From positions 60,066-124,065 of the forward strand of contig JAPPCV010000011.1 in the NCBI GenBank assembly GCA_028824715.1: 64,000 bases of DNA. Reading direction: 5' to 3'. The notes beneath the pieces are model-generated. The model saw nothing but the letters and a program-made list of their open reading frames with translations. It was not told where the DNA came from and made no database searches. Positions 1 to 10,140 of the stretch are shown piece after piece (the stretch's first letter is position 1; each line of letters starts with the position of its first letter). The position numbers were made by a program, and so were the translations under genes. Source of the stretch: Boseongicola sp. Its GTDB lineage: Bacteria; Pseudomonadota; Alphaproteobacteria; Rhodobacterales; Rhodobacteraceae.

Positions 1-834
1 CCTGGAACCGGCGGCACGCCCAATCTGCGGGCTGCAGCCTACCTGGAGAATCCGATCCAGCCTGCGCGTTCCGCTGACGTTCCAGCGGCCCGGGGAGGCG
101 GTGCCGATCGAAACGCGGCGCCGACCTACAAGGTGGATGCCGTTCGAGTGCAGAGACGCCTTGTGCACGACTTGCCCTACCGTTCTTCCGCGCTTCGGTC
201 GCTCGGCGCCTACAACAACGTCATTGCCATCGAGAGCCTGATGGATGACATCGCCCACGACATTGGCGTGCCACCCCTGGATTTCCGCCTGCTGCACATG
301 ACCGATCAGCGCTCACGGGACGTTCTCGAACGAATCGAGGCCGGAACGCGGGAGGCACGTGAGGTTCCATTGCCGGAGGGTGCGGGATGGGGACTGGGTT
401 TTGCGCGCTACAAGGGCACCGGGGGCTACTGCGCCGTCATGGTGCGCCTTGAGGTGGATGGAGATGTGCGGGTGACGGATGCCTTTGCCGTTGCGGATGT
501 CGGCGAGGCGGTCAGTCCCGACGGCGTCAGGAACCAGGTCGAGGGCGGCATGCTGCAGTCGATCAGCTGGACCTTGAAGGAGGCGGTGCAAGTCGATGGA
601 TCCTCGACCACGGTGGAATCCTGGACGGACTATCCCATCCTGAGGTTCAGCGAGGCGCCGCGCGTGTCAGTCGAACTTGTCGAGCGTCCCGGTGCGTTTC
701 CGCTGGGCGCAGGGGAGATTTCGCAGGGACCGGCCGGCGCCGCCGTTTGCAATGCAGTGAAGGCGGCATTGGGCATCCGGGTCTGCAACCTGCCGATCAC
801 CCGAGACGCGATCATTGCGGCGGCGAACGCCTAG
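1..834 (+). CDS. Molybdopterin-binding subunit of an aldehyde oxidase/xanthine dehydrogenase-family oxidoreductase (IorB-like), C-terminal part; the 5' end lies outside the window
   Basis: Frame 1 is open from base 1 to the TAG at 832-834. The tail GAGEISQGPAGAAVCNAVKAALGIRVCNLPITRDAI matches the conserved C-terminus of this family. Confidence 0.75.
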   Translation, partial: PGTGGTPNLRAAAYLENPIQPARSADVPAARGGGADRNAAPTYKVDAVRVQRRLVHDLPYRSSALRSLGAYNNVIAIESLMDDIAHDIGVPPLDFRLLHMTDQRSRDVLERIEAGTREAREVPLPEGAGWGLGFARYKGTGGYCAVMVRLEVDGDVRVTDAFAVADVGEAVSPDGVRNQVEGGMLQSISWTLKEAVQVDGSSTTVESWTDYPILRFSEAPRVSVELVERPGAFPLGAGEISQGPAGAAVCNAVKAALGIRVCNLPITRDAIIAAANA

Positions 835-1302
835 GCGTGCAGCTTGATGGCAAGGAGCGGCAGCATCTCTCGGTTGTCTCCGAATACTTGTTGCAGGCAG
901 TCCGTTCGGCCCATCTCGCCAGCACGAACGTGGCCTTGGGCGCAGTGCGTGGCGACCTGTGCAAATCTTCAGGAGGTGTCCTGCCAGTTCAGGGCCAGCC
1001 CGCGCCAGCTCTCGCTTTCCCAGACCTCCATCCATCCGGATTGGAACCTGTTCGAAAATGCCGTGGGCACCCTGCGCATTGCCGCGGCGGCGCGCCTCGC
1101 CGCAACCGCCGCATCGAGCCCGTTTTCATCGCCGACTCGGCACGCCGAACAGGTCGGCCAATAGAGGGCGGTGCCCGCATTTCCCGGAAACGGTGTCGAA
1201 CTTGCGGCGGTCACGGCGCAGCAGAATGACCAGCTCATCTGCATTGCGATGGGTGCCGGAAGCAACCGGTGTCCCGCCTCGTGCGGGCGCTTGCCTGGCC
1301 GA

Positions 1303-1728
1303 TCACACGTGAACGGCCCCATGCTTCGTCCGCGTCCTGCCCACGAGCTCGTTGCGGGCGGCTTGCATGAGAAACGCGGAACGAGTGATCCCTCGTTGCC
1401 GCGCCGCATCGTCGATCGCGTGGATCATGTGGGCTTCACCAGTGATGCTGACACGCTTCGTACGACCGTCGGCAAGTAGGAGCGGCACTGCAATGAGGAA
1501 GTCTCCCTGCGCAAGGTCTTCACGAACTTCTTCAAGTTGCAGGATTTCCTCGAGCGGGCGGGCGCGCGGCAACTCTTCCCCCTCAAGATGAACCATGAGC
1601 GCTTCCGTCGCCATGGCAAGGATGTCCTCTTCCTCGTCAGCCGCTGAATGGCATCTTGGGACATCCGGAAACCAGATCCCGTAGGCGCTGTCTGAATCCT
1701 TGCCGACCACTCCGATGTAGTGCGTCAC
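1303..1728 (-). CDS. hicB: HicB-family antitoxin (type II TA)
   Basis: 141 aa. The N-terminal HicB fold signature is MTHYIGVVGKDSDSAYGIWFPDVPRCHS and the C-terminal RHH-like tail is AIDDAARQRGITRSAFL. The start overlaps the hicA stop by 4 nt. Confidence 0.85.
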   Translation of the reverse strand: MTHYIGVVGKDSDSAYGIWFPDVPRCHSAADEEEDILAMATEALMVHLEGEELPRARPLEEILQLEEVREDLAQGDFLIAVPLLLADGRTKRVSITGEAHMIHAIDDAARQRGITRSAFLMQAARNELVGRTRTKHGAVHV

Positions 1729-2018
1729 GGCATTTCCTTTCCAGAGCGACCAAATCCGTGCTTCCGCTCGGCGCGCCTTTTGCCCTCCGTTTCGTCAGGT
1801 CTTCCGTCTTGCCGTTTGTCTTGCAGCCAGCCGGCATCCGAGGCAATGCTACGTGCAGTCTTGAGCCGCAAATCCTTCTTCGAGTCTGGCACCGTCAAGG
1901 TCCCAATGCCTTCGTTCGCGAACTTCCGGTGCGATCCACGTGTCCTCGGGAGCACTTCCTCCCAACCTTCGCCCTTCGATCGCTTGATGGTCTTGCGACA
2001 GTTGAGCTCCAACTTCAT
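1725..2018 (-). CDS. hicA: HicA-family mRNA interferase toxin
   Basis: Carries the HicA motif GSHRKF..G..TVP...KDL...TARSIASDAGW. It lies upstream of hicB and is translationally coupled to it. It has an unusually long basic C-terminal tail. Confidence 0.75.
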   Translation of the reverse strand: MKLELNCRKTIKRSKGEGWEEVLPRTRGSHRKFANEGIGTLTVPDSKKDLRLKTARSIASDAGWLQDKRQDGRPDETEGKRRAERKHGFGRSGKEMP

Positions 2019-2311
2019 GCATACTTATATGTCCACTTGGTGACGCAAGATCAAGTCGCGTCCGCACGGCGATCTTGGCCTTTCTTAACTGGATCTCGCG
2101 TCGCCTCAGGCGTGATGGCTTGCAAGTTCGGGTCGCCGCTGGTCTTACGATTTCCTGCACTTGAATAGGAAATCCGTCCTTCTGGGCGGCTCGCTACTGG
2201 TCCAATCAAGACGACATCGTGAAGAACGTCGCGAAGTCTGGACGAGAATTGCAGACGATCAACGCGCCGTGAACCGACAGGCATAACTGTGCACATCCGC
2301 GTCCTGCAAGG

Positions 2312-4297
2312 TCAGGCTTTGTGACCGTGCCGCCAAGATCGCTCTGCCACGACTTCGCCGTTCCAGAGCGCGTCGAGCTCCAAGGCAACGGACATGCCGT
2401 CAGGTTCCGTACGGCCGAGCAGGCTGCTTTCGATTCGTGCGATCCCGTCAGGCCGTTCGATCTCGTATACGACCGAAACGGCACACCTCTGAACGGCATG
2501 GTCCTTGGTCGACGTAGTACATTTCATCTCCGTCGTCGACGAAAAGCTCAAGCCAAGTTCGGGAAACCGGGTTGTTGACCACGGTTGCCGCCAAAGGTGG
2601 AAAATTCCGCCCTTGGCCATCTCGCCCGTCTCGCGGCAAATCGGCCCTTCGGCCGTGCTTTCCCAGGATGGATCCGGAGGCAGGTGCGCAGGAGGAGGCA
2701 TGTCTGCCAACGGCGAGATGTCTGACGGGCAAGGCAATGCAAGGCGTGCGCCACCCGTATCGACCTGCATGGATGCCTGGAACGGCGCAGGCCATACCAG
2801 CGGCCAGTACGAGGCGGCGATGCACAGACGGATGCGATTTCCTTTCGAGAAACGGTAGGCAGTTGAGGGAAAGCGCAAGCACAAGTGCGCGATTTGGCCT
2901 GGAGCAAAGCGAGCATCACCGTCCAGGGTCACGTCACGCTGCAGGTTGGCGACTTGCCGCGTGACGAGATTCGATCGTCCGTTCGGATCGACCTCGCACA
3001 GGCGGCACACCAGCTGTGCCTGGGCCATGTCCCGCACAATGCCGCAGTGAAACTCTGCGTGCCCAACGAGGAGGATTTCCGACTCCATGGATTCGGTGTC
3101 GAAGCAAAGTGCGCGCGCGTCATCGAGAGACTGATCGAGCGGCAGGCCGCCGATGCGCCCAAAATACCCCGTATCCCCGGCGTAGGCGCCATGCTGCATA
3201 TCGGTCGGCACCGAGTGTCTCGTGCCTGGTCCGGCTCGCCACGAGAGCCCGTCTTTGCCCGGATGGAAAACGGATTCCGTTGCATGCGTTTCGCTGGAGT
3301 CTGTGGCTATCCATCGGCCTGCTCTTGTTGCGATCCGGTCCGCCGGGACGTCGAACGCGCGCTGCCAGAGGCGCAGTTGAGGCCACTTCGGCATGGGTGC
3401 GTCCTTCAGCCAGTGATCCCACCATGTCAGCGCCACGTCCTGGAAGCTCATTGCCGGACCTGGCTCGCCGTGATCGGGGTAGTGATGTCCCCAAGGCCCG
3501 ACGATGCCATGGCAGAGATCGGGACGTGCCTTGACGAGACCGATCACGGAATTGGAATACCTGTCCGCCCAGCCACCGATCGCAAGGATCGGGCAGGAGA
3601 GATCGTCCGTGCTGAATTTCACCGAACCGCGCCGCCAGTAAGCCCCGCGCGTTTGGCGACTGATCCATTCAGACAGCGGAAAGCTCAACCCGTCCAATCT
3701 CCTGCGCCACATTTCCTTCCATCCTGGACCGACCGTCGCCGCGTCCGGCGGCGCGGCAAGGATCGCGGGCAGCGTGGCGCCCCATTCGAAGCTGTCGGTC
3801 AGGAGGCAACCGCCCATCCAGTGAATGTCGTCCTCGAAACGGTCGGTGGTCGCGCAATTGGCGATCACGGCCTTCAACGCGCGCGGTGCCTTGACCGCGG
3901 CCTGCATGCTGGCGGTGCCACCCCACGAAGTGCCGAACATGCCGACCTTTCCGTTGCACCAAGGCTGCGCAGCGATCCATTTGATCACGTGCCGGGCGTC
4001 AGCCAGTTCGTCATCCGAGTACATGTCCGGCATGTGGCCTTCGCTGTCGCCCGATCCACGCATGTCAACGCGAAGGCAGGCGTAGCCGTTGGACGCGAAG
4101 TGGGGGTGGTTCCTTTCGTCCCTTGCGCGGACCATGTCCCGTTTGCGGTACGGGATGTATTCGAGGATCGCGGGCACCGGCCCTGTCTCGCGTGGCAGCC
4201 AGAGCCTCGCCGCAAGTCGCACTCCGTCGGGCATCGGAATCCACTGATGCTCGACTTCGTCGAATTCGAGGCCCCGCTTGCCGAGATCTGCCGTCAT
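2312..4297 (-). CDS. CocE/NonD-family (S15, X-Pro dipeptidyl-peptidase-like) serine hydrolase, paralogue 1
   Basis: Start chosen at MTADLGKRGLEFDEVEHQWIPMPDGVRLAARLWLP (ATG at 4295-4297); the 796-aa ORF upstream of that looks non-coding. Has the nucleophile motif GTSWGG and is roughly half identical by eye to the ORFs at 15672 and 17700. Confidence 0.85.
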   Translation of the reverse strand: MTADLGKRGLEFDEVEHQWIPMPDGVRLAARLWLPRETGPVPAILEYIPYRKRDMVRARDERNHPHFASNGYACLRVDMRGSGDSEGHMPDMYSDDELADARHVIKWIAAQPWCNGKVGMFGTSWGGTASMQAAVKAPRALKAVIANCATTDRFEDDIHWMGGCLLTDSFEWGATLPAILAAPPDAATVGPGWKEMWRRRLDGLSFPLSEWISRQTRGAYWRRGSVKFSTDDLSCPILAIGGWADRYSNSVIGLVKARPDLCHGIVGPWGHHYPDHGEPGPAMSFQDVALTWWDHWLKDAPMPKWPQLRLWQRAFDVPADRIATRAGRWIATDSSETHATESVFHPGKDGLSWRAGPGTRHSVPTDMQHGAYAGDTGYFGRIGGLPLDQSLDDARALCFDTESMESEILLVGHAEFHCGIVRDMAQAQLVCRLCEVDPNGRSNLVTRQVANLQRDVTLDGDARFAPGQIAHLCLRFPSTAYRFSKGNRIRLCIAASYWPLVWPAPFQASMQVDTGGARLALPCPSDISPLADMPPPAHLPPDPSWESTAEGPICRETGEMAKGGIFHLWRQPWSTTRFPELGLSFSSTTEMKCTTSTKDHAVQRCAVSVVYEIERPDGIARIESSLLGRTEPDGMSVALELDALWNGEVVAERSWRHGHKA

Positions 4298-4720
4298 TCC
4301 TGGTCCGAAAGAGAGCTGCAGAGAAGAGGAATAGTGCCCCAGCACAAGGGGGCAAGGGAGAGTTTCAAGAAATGCCTTGTGAGAATGCAAATCTGTGCAA
4401 GACTGCAGGATGCGACTCGTTCGGCACTTGGGGGAAGGCAATTGAAAGGCGCTGGGGGAATCTCGGCTTCCGGCATCGCGGACTTCGTGAAGGGTCCCGC
4501 CTCGCACGGGCCCCGATTCGCGTTGGGCACGCATGTCGCGGGGCGCGGTCGTCCTGTTCGTGCCCCTGAACCTTGTCGAGCGCGACACCCCATGGCCAAC
4601 GAGATCCACACCACAGCGCAAGTGCTGGAGCTTGGGCCGGCCAGTCCATTTGTCGGCCCGCGCCCTCCGGTTACGGCACTTCCGCATCACTCGAGAGTAC
4701 AATCCATCAGGGAGTAGACC

Positions 4721-6280
4721 ATGAAGAACGTGTTGTTGGGCGATGTTTCCCGCCGATCATTCTTTGCCGCACTGGGCGCCTTTGGCGCAGCGGCAGTGGT
4801 GGCACCAAGAGCCGCGCTGAGCCAGGATGGCAAGGTCCTGACGTTGCGATCCTATTCGGACCTGCAAGTGCTTGATCCGGCGTTTCGCCTGTCCTTGCCG
4901 GAAGACGACATCATTCGCTCGATCTTTGCGCCTTTGGTGATACCGCAGGCGGGCGACACCTGGGGCTGGAAGCCGATCGCGGTGGACTCGATCGAACAGC
5001 TCGACGACGTGACCGTCGCGTTCAAGCTGAAGGACAACATCGGCTTCACTGACGGCTATGGCCAGATGACGGCCGAAGACGTGAAATTCTCGATCGAGCG
5101 AATCGCTGATCCGGCCATGGAAAGCCCGTATGCGGGAGACTGGGATGCCCTGAAGGAAGTCGAGGTCAAGGACACGCTTTCAGGCCTCATTCACTTGAAG
5201 AACAAGTTCGTGCCGCTCTGGAGCACGACGCTTCCAACGCCGGCTTCCTGCATTCTCTCCAAGAAGGCAGTGGAAGAGCTGGGCGACAAGATCACCACGA
5301 ACCCGATTGCCCAGTCCGGCCAGTACCTGCTTGCGGAGTGGCAGCCAAAGCAGAAGACGATCCTGAGGCGGAATCCGGGCTGGGCGCATGAGCAGGGCGG
5401 ATTCGACGAAATCCATATCATCCCGATCGAGGATCCGGCCACTGCCGAGCGCGGCTTTGAGGCGGGAGACCTGGACTACACCTGGACCTCCGTGTCGTCC
5501 CTGCCGAGGCTCAAGCAGAACCCGCCCGCAGGCTCGGTGGTGCTGGAGAAGCCCTCGCTCGCCTATGTCTGGCTGGGGATCAACCAGGATGCCGAACCTT
5601 TTACCAACATCAACATCCGCCGCGCGGTGCAACATGCCGTTGACCGGCAGACCGTCGTGGACGCGGCCTACTATGGCGCCGCCGCGGTCGGAAACGGCAT
5701 CCTTGCGCCGGGCCTGCCCGGATCCCGCGACAGCGTGACCTACGACTATGATCCGGACCGGGCGCGCGAGCTTCTGGAACAGGAGGGCGCGACGGGTATC
5801 AACGTCACGCTGGACATCCTCAACCAGTCCGAACGCCTGGCGGCTGCGCAGGTGATCCAGGCAAATCTTGCTGACGTGGGGATCAACTGCGAAATCAAGC
5901 AAAATGACAGCGGCACCTTCTGGACGCTCGGTTCCAAGGACGGCGACTACTACCTGAAGCTGCAGCTGGTCCTCAGCCGCTTCTCGATGCAGCCTGACCC
6001 GTCATGGGCGACGGTCTGGTTCACGCCGGAGCAGGTCGGCGTATGGAACTGGGAGCGGTTCGACAATGCGGAGTACAAGGCGCTGCATGACCAGGGTCTC
6101 GTCGAAAGCGATCTGGCAAAGCGAGACGAGATCTACAAGAAGATGCAGGGTCTCATGGACGAAAGCGGCTGCTACGTCTTCCTGACTCACGAGGTGGTCG
6201 GCGCGATTCATCGCGACACGATCAAGCCGGGGCTAAAGCCGAACGGGGAGTCGCTCTTCTCCGAATTCATGCCCGCCTGA
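4721..6280 (+). CDS. ABC transporter substrate-binding protein, family 5 (peptide/nickel/opine type) with a Tat-type signal peptide
   Basis: 519 aa. N-terminus VSRRSFFAALGAFGAAAVVAP is a twin-arginine motif. Family-5 SBP-like sequence runs throughout. Confidence 0.85.
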   Translation: MKNVLLGDVSRRSFFAALGAFGAAAVVAPRAALSQDGKVLTLRSYSDLQVLDPAFRLSLPEDDIIRSIFAPLVIPQAGDTWGWKPIAVDSIEQLDDVTVAFKLKDNIGFTDGYGQMTAEDVKFSIERIADPAMESPYAGDWDALKEVEVKDTLSGLIHLKNKFVPLWSTTLPTPASCILSKKAVEELGDKITTNPIAQSGQYLLAEWQPKQKTILRRNPGWAHEQGGFDEIHIIPIEDPATAERGFEAGDLDYTWTSVSSLPRLKQNPPAGSVVLEKPSLAYVWLGINQDAEPFTNINIRRAVQHAVDRQTVVDAAYYGAAAVGNGILAPGLPGSRDSVTYDYDPDRARELLEQEGATGINVTLDILNQSERLAAAQVIQANLADVGINCEIKQNDSGTFWTLGSKDGDYYLKLQLVLSRFSMQPDPSWATVWFTPEQVGVWNWERFDNAEYKALHDQGLVESDLAKRDEIYKKMQGLMDESGCYVFLTHEVVGAIHRDTIKPGLKPNGESLFSEFMPA

Positions 6281-6289
6281 ACGCGATTC

Positions 6290-6313
6290 GGGCGGCCAGG
6301 CGACTGGCCGCCC
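6290..6313 (+). terminator. GC-rich hairpin just after the SBP gene
   Basis: GGGCGGCCAG-GCGA-CTGGCCGCCC, a 10-bp perfect stem. There is no clear U-tract. Confidence 0.45.
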
Positions 6314-6331
6314 AAGCCACCGAGCCATGCC

Positions 6332-6975
6332 TCAATCGCTTCGGTCTGCGATGTTCAAGGCCACTCGGAAACAGTCCGACCTGCAGTGGGAACGGACTGC
6401 GAGAACCGACACCGCATCCGGTGTCGCAGTTGGTGTTCGATCAGGCCGCAATCCGGTCCCGTGATCGTCAGGCGCCTGGCCTCGATCTCCACTCAACGGC
6501 ACAATGTGAAGGATTGCCGCCCAGGCAAAGGGATTTCCCCTGCTGATCCAGCGAATGTCCTCTTCGGCTGTTCCGTCCGGCGTGCCGTCATCCGTCCAGG
6601 TCGCCTGCAGGCGAATGCGCGCCTTGAGCGTCTCGCCTGGGCCGGTCGCCGCCATATGATTGAAGCAATCCGGCACGGCATCGGCCGCGGAGTCTTCATC
6701 GAGACCGTCCAGCTCGGGGAACGACAGAACGCATTCGATGGACCGCGTGGCTCCGGAGACGAGTTCTGTTTCGTCGGGCGGAAATGAAAATCGCGCGCCT
6801 GGACTTGCCGCTGCGAAGACGAAACGCCGAAGATCCGCGCCAGTGCTTGCAGCGCCGCTGTCTTGCCGGCTCCGTTCCCGCCGACCATCGCCGTGACGCC
6901 GGAATCTGGCGAAAAGGTCTCAGGCTCAAGGCCGAAGCAGCGGAAGTTCCTGACAGTGAGCGTCTCGATCTTCAT
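6332..6975 (-). pseudogene. N-terminal remnant of an OLD/ABC-like AAA ATPase (frameshifted and truncated)
   Basis: MKIETLTVRNFRCFG...GVTAMVGGNGAGKTAALQAL carries a Walker A motif. The frame breaks near 6775-6785 and continues in another frame as DETELVSGATRSIECVLSFPELDG...RIRLQATWTDDGTPDG. Similarity fades near 6530. Confidence 0.6.
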
Positions 6976-7071
6976 CCTGTGCCCCCGATGAGTTTTCTCA
7001 AATCGGGCTGCTGTCCGCTGAGGCAGTCTTTGCCTTCGCTATCTCAGCGCATTTCTGCGACCCACACACTC

Positions 7072-7647
7072 TCACAAGAGCGACTTGTACTCGTTCATGA
7101 GCGTGGCGACCTGGAAGAGGCCCTGCGCCTCGGACTTGTGCACGAGGGCCGGTGCGTCGATCGCTGGGTTTTCGAACCGCTCCCGCATGCGCCGCAGCGC
7201 CAGAATGGCCTCTGGCGGATCAATTTCGATCGTGTCAGCGAGGAAGTCATCCGCCGAAATCGCGTCAATCGCATGTGGAGCAAGTACCTCCGCCGGAAAG
7301 TCTCCGAGATTGTCGGTCACGATCACCGAGGCTGAGGACGAGATTGCCGCGGCCAGGACGTGGTTGTCGTCTGGATCGGGCAGGTCGAGATTGCCCTCGA
7401 ACACTTCGTACCCCGCCACAAGCGACTCCGGGAACGCTGCTTCAATTGATGCACGTTGCCTGGATCCATCTGTCGCCCCCTTTGTGATCTCAGAGATGGC
7501 TTTCTGGGTTTCATCGAGGATGCGCGCACTCCACCGTGGCCGGAACAAACCCGCTTCGGCCAAGCTCAGGATCATGTTCCGGCGCAATGCACCGCCCAGG
7601 ACGCATGCATCAATCAGCGCGGTGAACCGGTCGGCGTGACCCTTCAT
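7072..7647 (-). CDS. PIN-domain protein (PIN_3-like), putative toxin
   Basis: 191 aa. Motifs are ALIDACVLGG near the N-terminus and PDPDDNHVLAAAISSSASVIVTDNLGDF. It overlaps the upstream HTH gene by 4 nt (ATGA). Confidence 0.75.
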   Translation of the reverse strand: MKGHADRFTALIDACVLGGALRRNMILSLAEAGLFRPRWSARILDETQKAISEITKGATDGSRQRASIEAAFPESLVAGYEVFEGNLDLPDPDDNHVLAAAISSSASVIVTDNLGDFPAEVLAPHAIDAISADDFLADTIEIDPPEAILALRRMRERFENPAIDAPALVHKSEAQGLFQVATLMNEYKSLL

Positions 7648-8120
7648 ACGAGCCCGTCTTCTGCATCCACCCGAGCGAGATCACCCAAGGCATCCGAGCG
7701 TGCCGCATCGCGTTTCTCCTTGTAGGCAAAGAGATCGTCCGCACGCACGCGCCGGTGTCGCCCAGTCTTCGTGAACGGGATGTCGCCCTCTTCCAGAAGT
7801 TTCACAAGGAAGGGACGAGAGACATTCAATAGGTCCGCGGCTTGCTGAGTCGTAAGCTCCGACTCGACCGGGATCATCCGAAACCCACGCCCGCTTGAGA
7901 CAAGCCGGAGCACCTCGAGCAGCGACGCCGCAAGCGCGGGCGCCAATGTCACACTTTGAGCCTTCCCGCCATCGAGAGCGAGTGACAGCGTTGTCCGCTC
8001 ACCTTCCCTGATCTGCGAGGCGACGATGGTTCTGAGTTGTTCGGCATTCCTGATCTCGACCTCATCAGGCAGTCGGTCAAGGAACGCGTCCTTCCCAAGG
8101 GCGATCATGACTTGCTCCAA
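7644..8120 (-). CDS. Excisionase/MerR-type HTH protein, putative antitoxin of the PIN protein
   Basis: 158 aa. The C-terminal motif LTTQQAADLLNVSRPFLVKLLEEGDIPFTKTGRHRRV resembles the excisionase-family HTH. Confidence 0.7.
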   Translation of the reverse strand: MEQVMIALGKDAFLDRLPDEVEIRNAEQLRTIVASQIREGERTTLSLALDGGKAQSVTLAPALAASLLEVLRLVSSGRGFRMIPVESELTTQQAADLLNVSRPFLVKLLEEGDIPFTKTGRHRRVRADDLFAYKEKRDAARSDALGDLARVDAEDGLV

Positions 8121-8199
8121 TTCGGTTTGCTGACACGCACGTAAGGCGGTTCTTTATTCGAATCAATCGAAATAGTCAAAATATTCGAAGTTGACGCCT

Positions 8200-8737
8200 G
8201 AAGCCTTGACGCAATCCCGCACGAATCTCTCAGGCCGCCGAACTCGGCTCCGACCAGCTGATGACCATGCCCGGCGAGATCCGCCAGATTGCCGTCACCG
8301 ATCTCGGCCACGAAAAGCCGACCCTGCTGCTGAGCAACCAGATGGACGAGCCCGCGTCCAGGCTGGTCGACCGCTACGTCCGGCGCATGGTGATCGAAAA
8401 CATCATCGCCGACGCCATCGACTTCTTCCACATGGACGCGCTCTCCGCCGCCGTGCCCATGCGCATCGATCTCGACGTCCAGCTCACGCTGATGGCGAGC
8501 AGCCTCTACAGGCTCCTCGGCATACGCGTCGGACAGGGCTTCGAAGTCGCGAAGGCGCGCACCATATTCCGCAAGCTCGTCAACGCCAGCGCGGCCATCA
8601 GGATCACCGAGGACGAGATCATCGTCACCCTGGGACGGCGCGCCAACAACCCGCTCCTGCTTGCCGCACGCTACGCCGAAATCGCCCAGCCAATCCCGTG
8701 GCTCGGAAACCGGACCCTCAGGATACGCTTCTCTTGA
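8200..8737 (+). pseudogene. C-terminal fragment of a DDE transposase (IS4/IS1634-like; family uncertain)
   Basis: The open frame starts abruptly near 8200. It contains DRYVRRMVIENIIADAIDFFHMDALSAAVPMRIDLDVQLTLMASSLYRLL, which resembles transposase C-termini. There is no N-terminal half. Confidence 0.55.
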
Positions 8738-8778
8738 ATGCCCGGGCGCACATTGTTCCCTTCAGTTGGGAATCGAGG

Positions 8779-9978
8779 CTAGATCAGGCTCCTCTCGCGA
8801 AACCCCGCAATGTCCTCGGCCGAATAGCCTGCGGCCTGCAGTATCTCGACGGTGTCGTGGCCCATGGGGGGGCAGGCTCGCGAAGCGTCATTGCCGCCAG
8901 CGCGGATCGGGGAACGCAACATCCGGAACTCCTCGCTGCCGTCAAGCGCCAAGGTTTCGATCTTCTCCTCTGCCTCCAGCCTGGAATCCTGGAGCGCGGC
9001 GCGGGGCGTGCGTATCGGCGCGACAGGGACGCGCCCCCGAAGCTCGCGCAGCCACGCATCGCTCGCCCTGGCCGACAATGCCTCGTCGAGGATGACCGTG
9101 AGTTCGTCGCGCCGGTCGAGCCGGTCAGCATAGGTCGCGAACCGAGGGTCCCGGGCGAGGTCCGGACGCCCAACGGCTTCACACAGCTCCGGCCAGAACT
9201 TCTCCTTGTTGCACATCACGTATATCCAGCCGTCCGACGTGCGGTAGAGTTGGCAGGGCACAAGCGAGACATGGGCCGAACGCGGCACGCGCAAGGGATC
9301 ATAGCCTGAGTTCAACGCCCAGGTGTTGAGATAGCTGAGATTGTAGAGGGCGGTGTCGTAGAGGTTCACGTCGATGTCCCTACCCTGGCCGGTCGACCGT
9401 GCGGACAGGACTCCCGCTACGAGACCCAGTGCCATGTAGGTCCCTGCCATGAAGTCCACGACGGACATTCCCACTCGGGTTGGAGGTGCTTCGGGCTCGC
9501 CGGTGAGGTGGAAGTAGCCGGTCTCGGCCTGCATGAGGTAGTCATAGCCGGGCCAGTCGCGCCTCGGACCCTCGCGGCCATAGCCCGAGCAGTGAGCGCA
9601 GACGATGGCGGCGTTTGCCGATTTCAGGGCATCGTATGTCAGGCCAAGCTTCTCCGGGACGTCTCCGCGAAGGTTGTTCGCCACGGCATCCGCACCGACG
9701 ACGAGTTGCCTGAAGATCTGTTGCGCCTCGGATTGGCCCAGGTCGAGCGTCAGGCTCTTCTTGTTCCGGTTGATCGACTGGAAGAAGAGGCTGTTGTCGT
9801 CGCCCTTGGCTCCTTCGACGAAGTAGGGGCCGAGAGCACGCGCGTAGTCGCCACCGGTATGCCGGTTTTCGACCTTGATAACTTCTGCACCGAGGTCGGC
9901 GAGGTGCTGGGTGCCGAATGGACCGGCCCCGTATTGCTCGACGGCGAGCACGCGCACTCCTTCGAGCGGCAGTCCCAT
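8779..9978 (-). CDS. Family III CoA-transferase (CaiB/BaiF-like)
   Basis: LEGVRVLAVEQYGAGPFGTQHLADLGAEVIKVE is the typical N-terminus. Start chosen at MGLPLEG (9978); in-frame alternatives exist up to 10035. Confidence 0.85.
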   Translation of the reverse strand: MGLPLEGVRVLAVEQYGAGPFGTQHLADLGAEVIKVENRHTGGDYARALGPYFVEGAKGDDNSLFFQSINRNKKSLTLDLGQSEAQQIFRQLVVGADAVANNLRGDVPEKLGLTYDALKSANAAIVCAHCSGYGREGPRRDWPGYDYLMQAETGYFHLTGEPEAPPTRVGMSVVDFMAGTYMALGLVAGVLSARSTGQGRDIDVNLYDTALYNLSYLNTWALNSGYDPLRVPRSAHVSLVPCQLYRTSDGWIYVMCNKEKFWPELCEAVGRPDLARDPRFATYADRLDRRDELTVILDEALSARASDAWLRELRGRVPVAPIRTPRAALQDSRLEAEEKIETLALDGSEEFRMLRSPIRAGGNDASRACPPMGHDTVEILQAAGYSAEDIAGFRERSLI

Positions 9979-10140
9979 GTCAGCCCATCCTCTCGCGGAC
10001 AGCATCAATTGCGTGCCGCCCACGTTTCGATGCACAGCGGCAGCGGATCATGGTCGGGTGCGATCTTGGCACACGATTTTCCGACGCCCCTCTTTCGGCG
10101 TAGAGCGTATCGCAGTCAAGGGCCGGTGCATGCAGCTTGA

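Noticed and set aside
831-1409. Possible convergent minus-strand gene with coding-like third-position GC (…RRVPTAFSNRFQSGWMEVWESESWRGLALNWQDTS, then an in-frame TGA at 969-971, then …VFGDNREMLPLLAIKLHA ending at 831)
   Set aside because: I recognise no family. The in-frame TGA could mark a pseudogene or be chance. There is no evidence for selenocysteine (no SECIS-like hairpin seen). Left unannotated pending blastx.
2885-4717. 610-aa plus-strand ORF
   Set aside because: It lies antisense to the well-supported CocE/NonD gene. The translation is Arg/Ala/Pro-rich with no motifs, as expected for a shadow ORF in GC-rich DNA.
8150-8165. TTCGAATC octamer as a possible tRNA-derived att repeat for the island
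   Set aside because: It matches only the universal T-loop octamer, is in the wrong orientation relative to tRNA-Gly, and has no extension into the acceptor stem.
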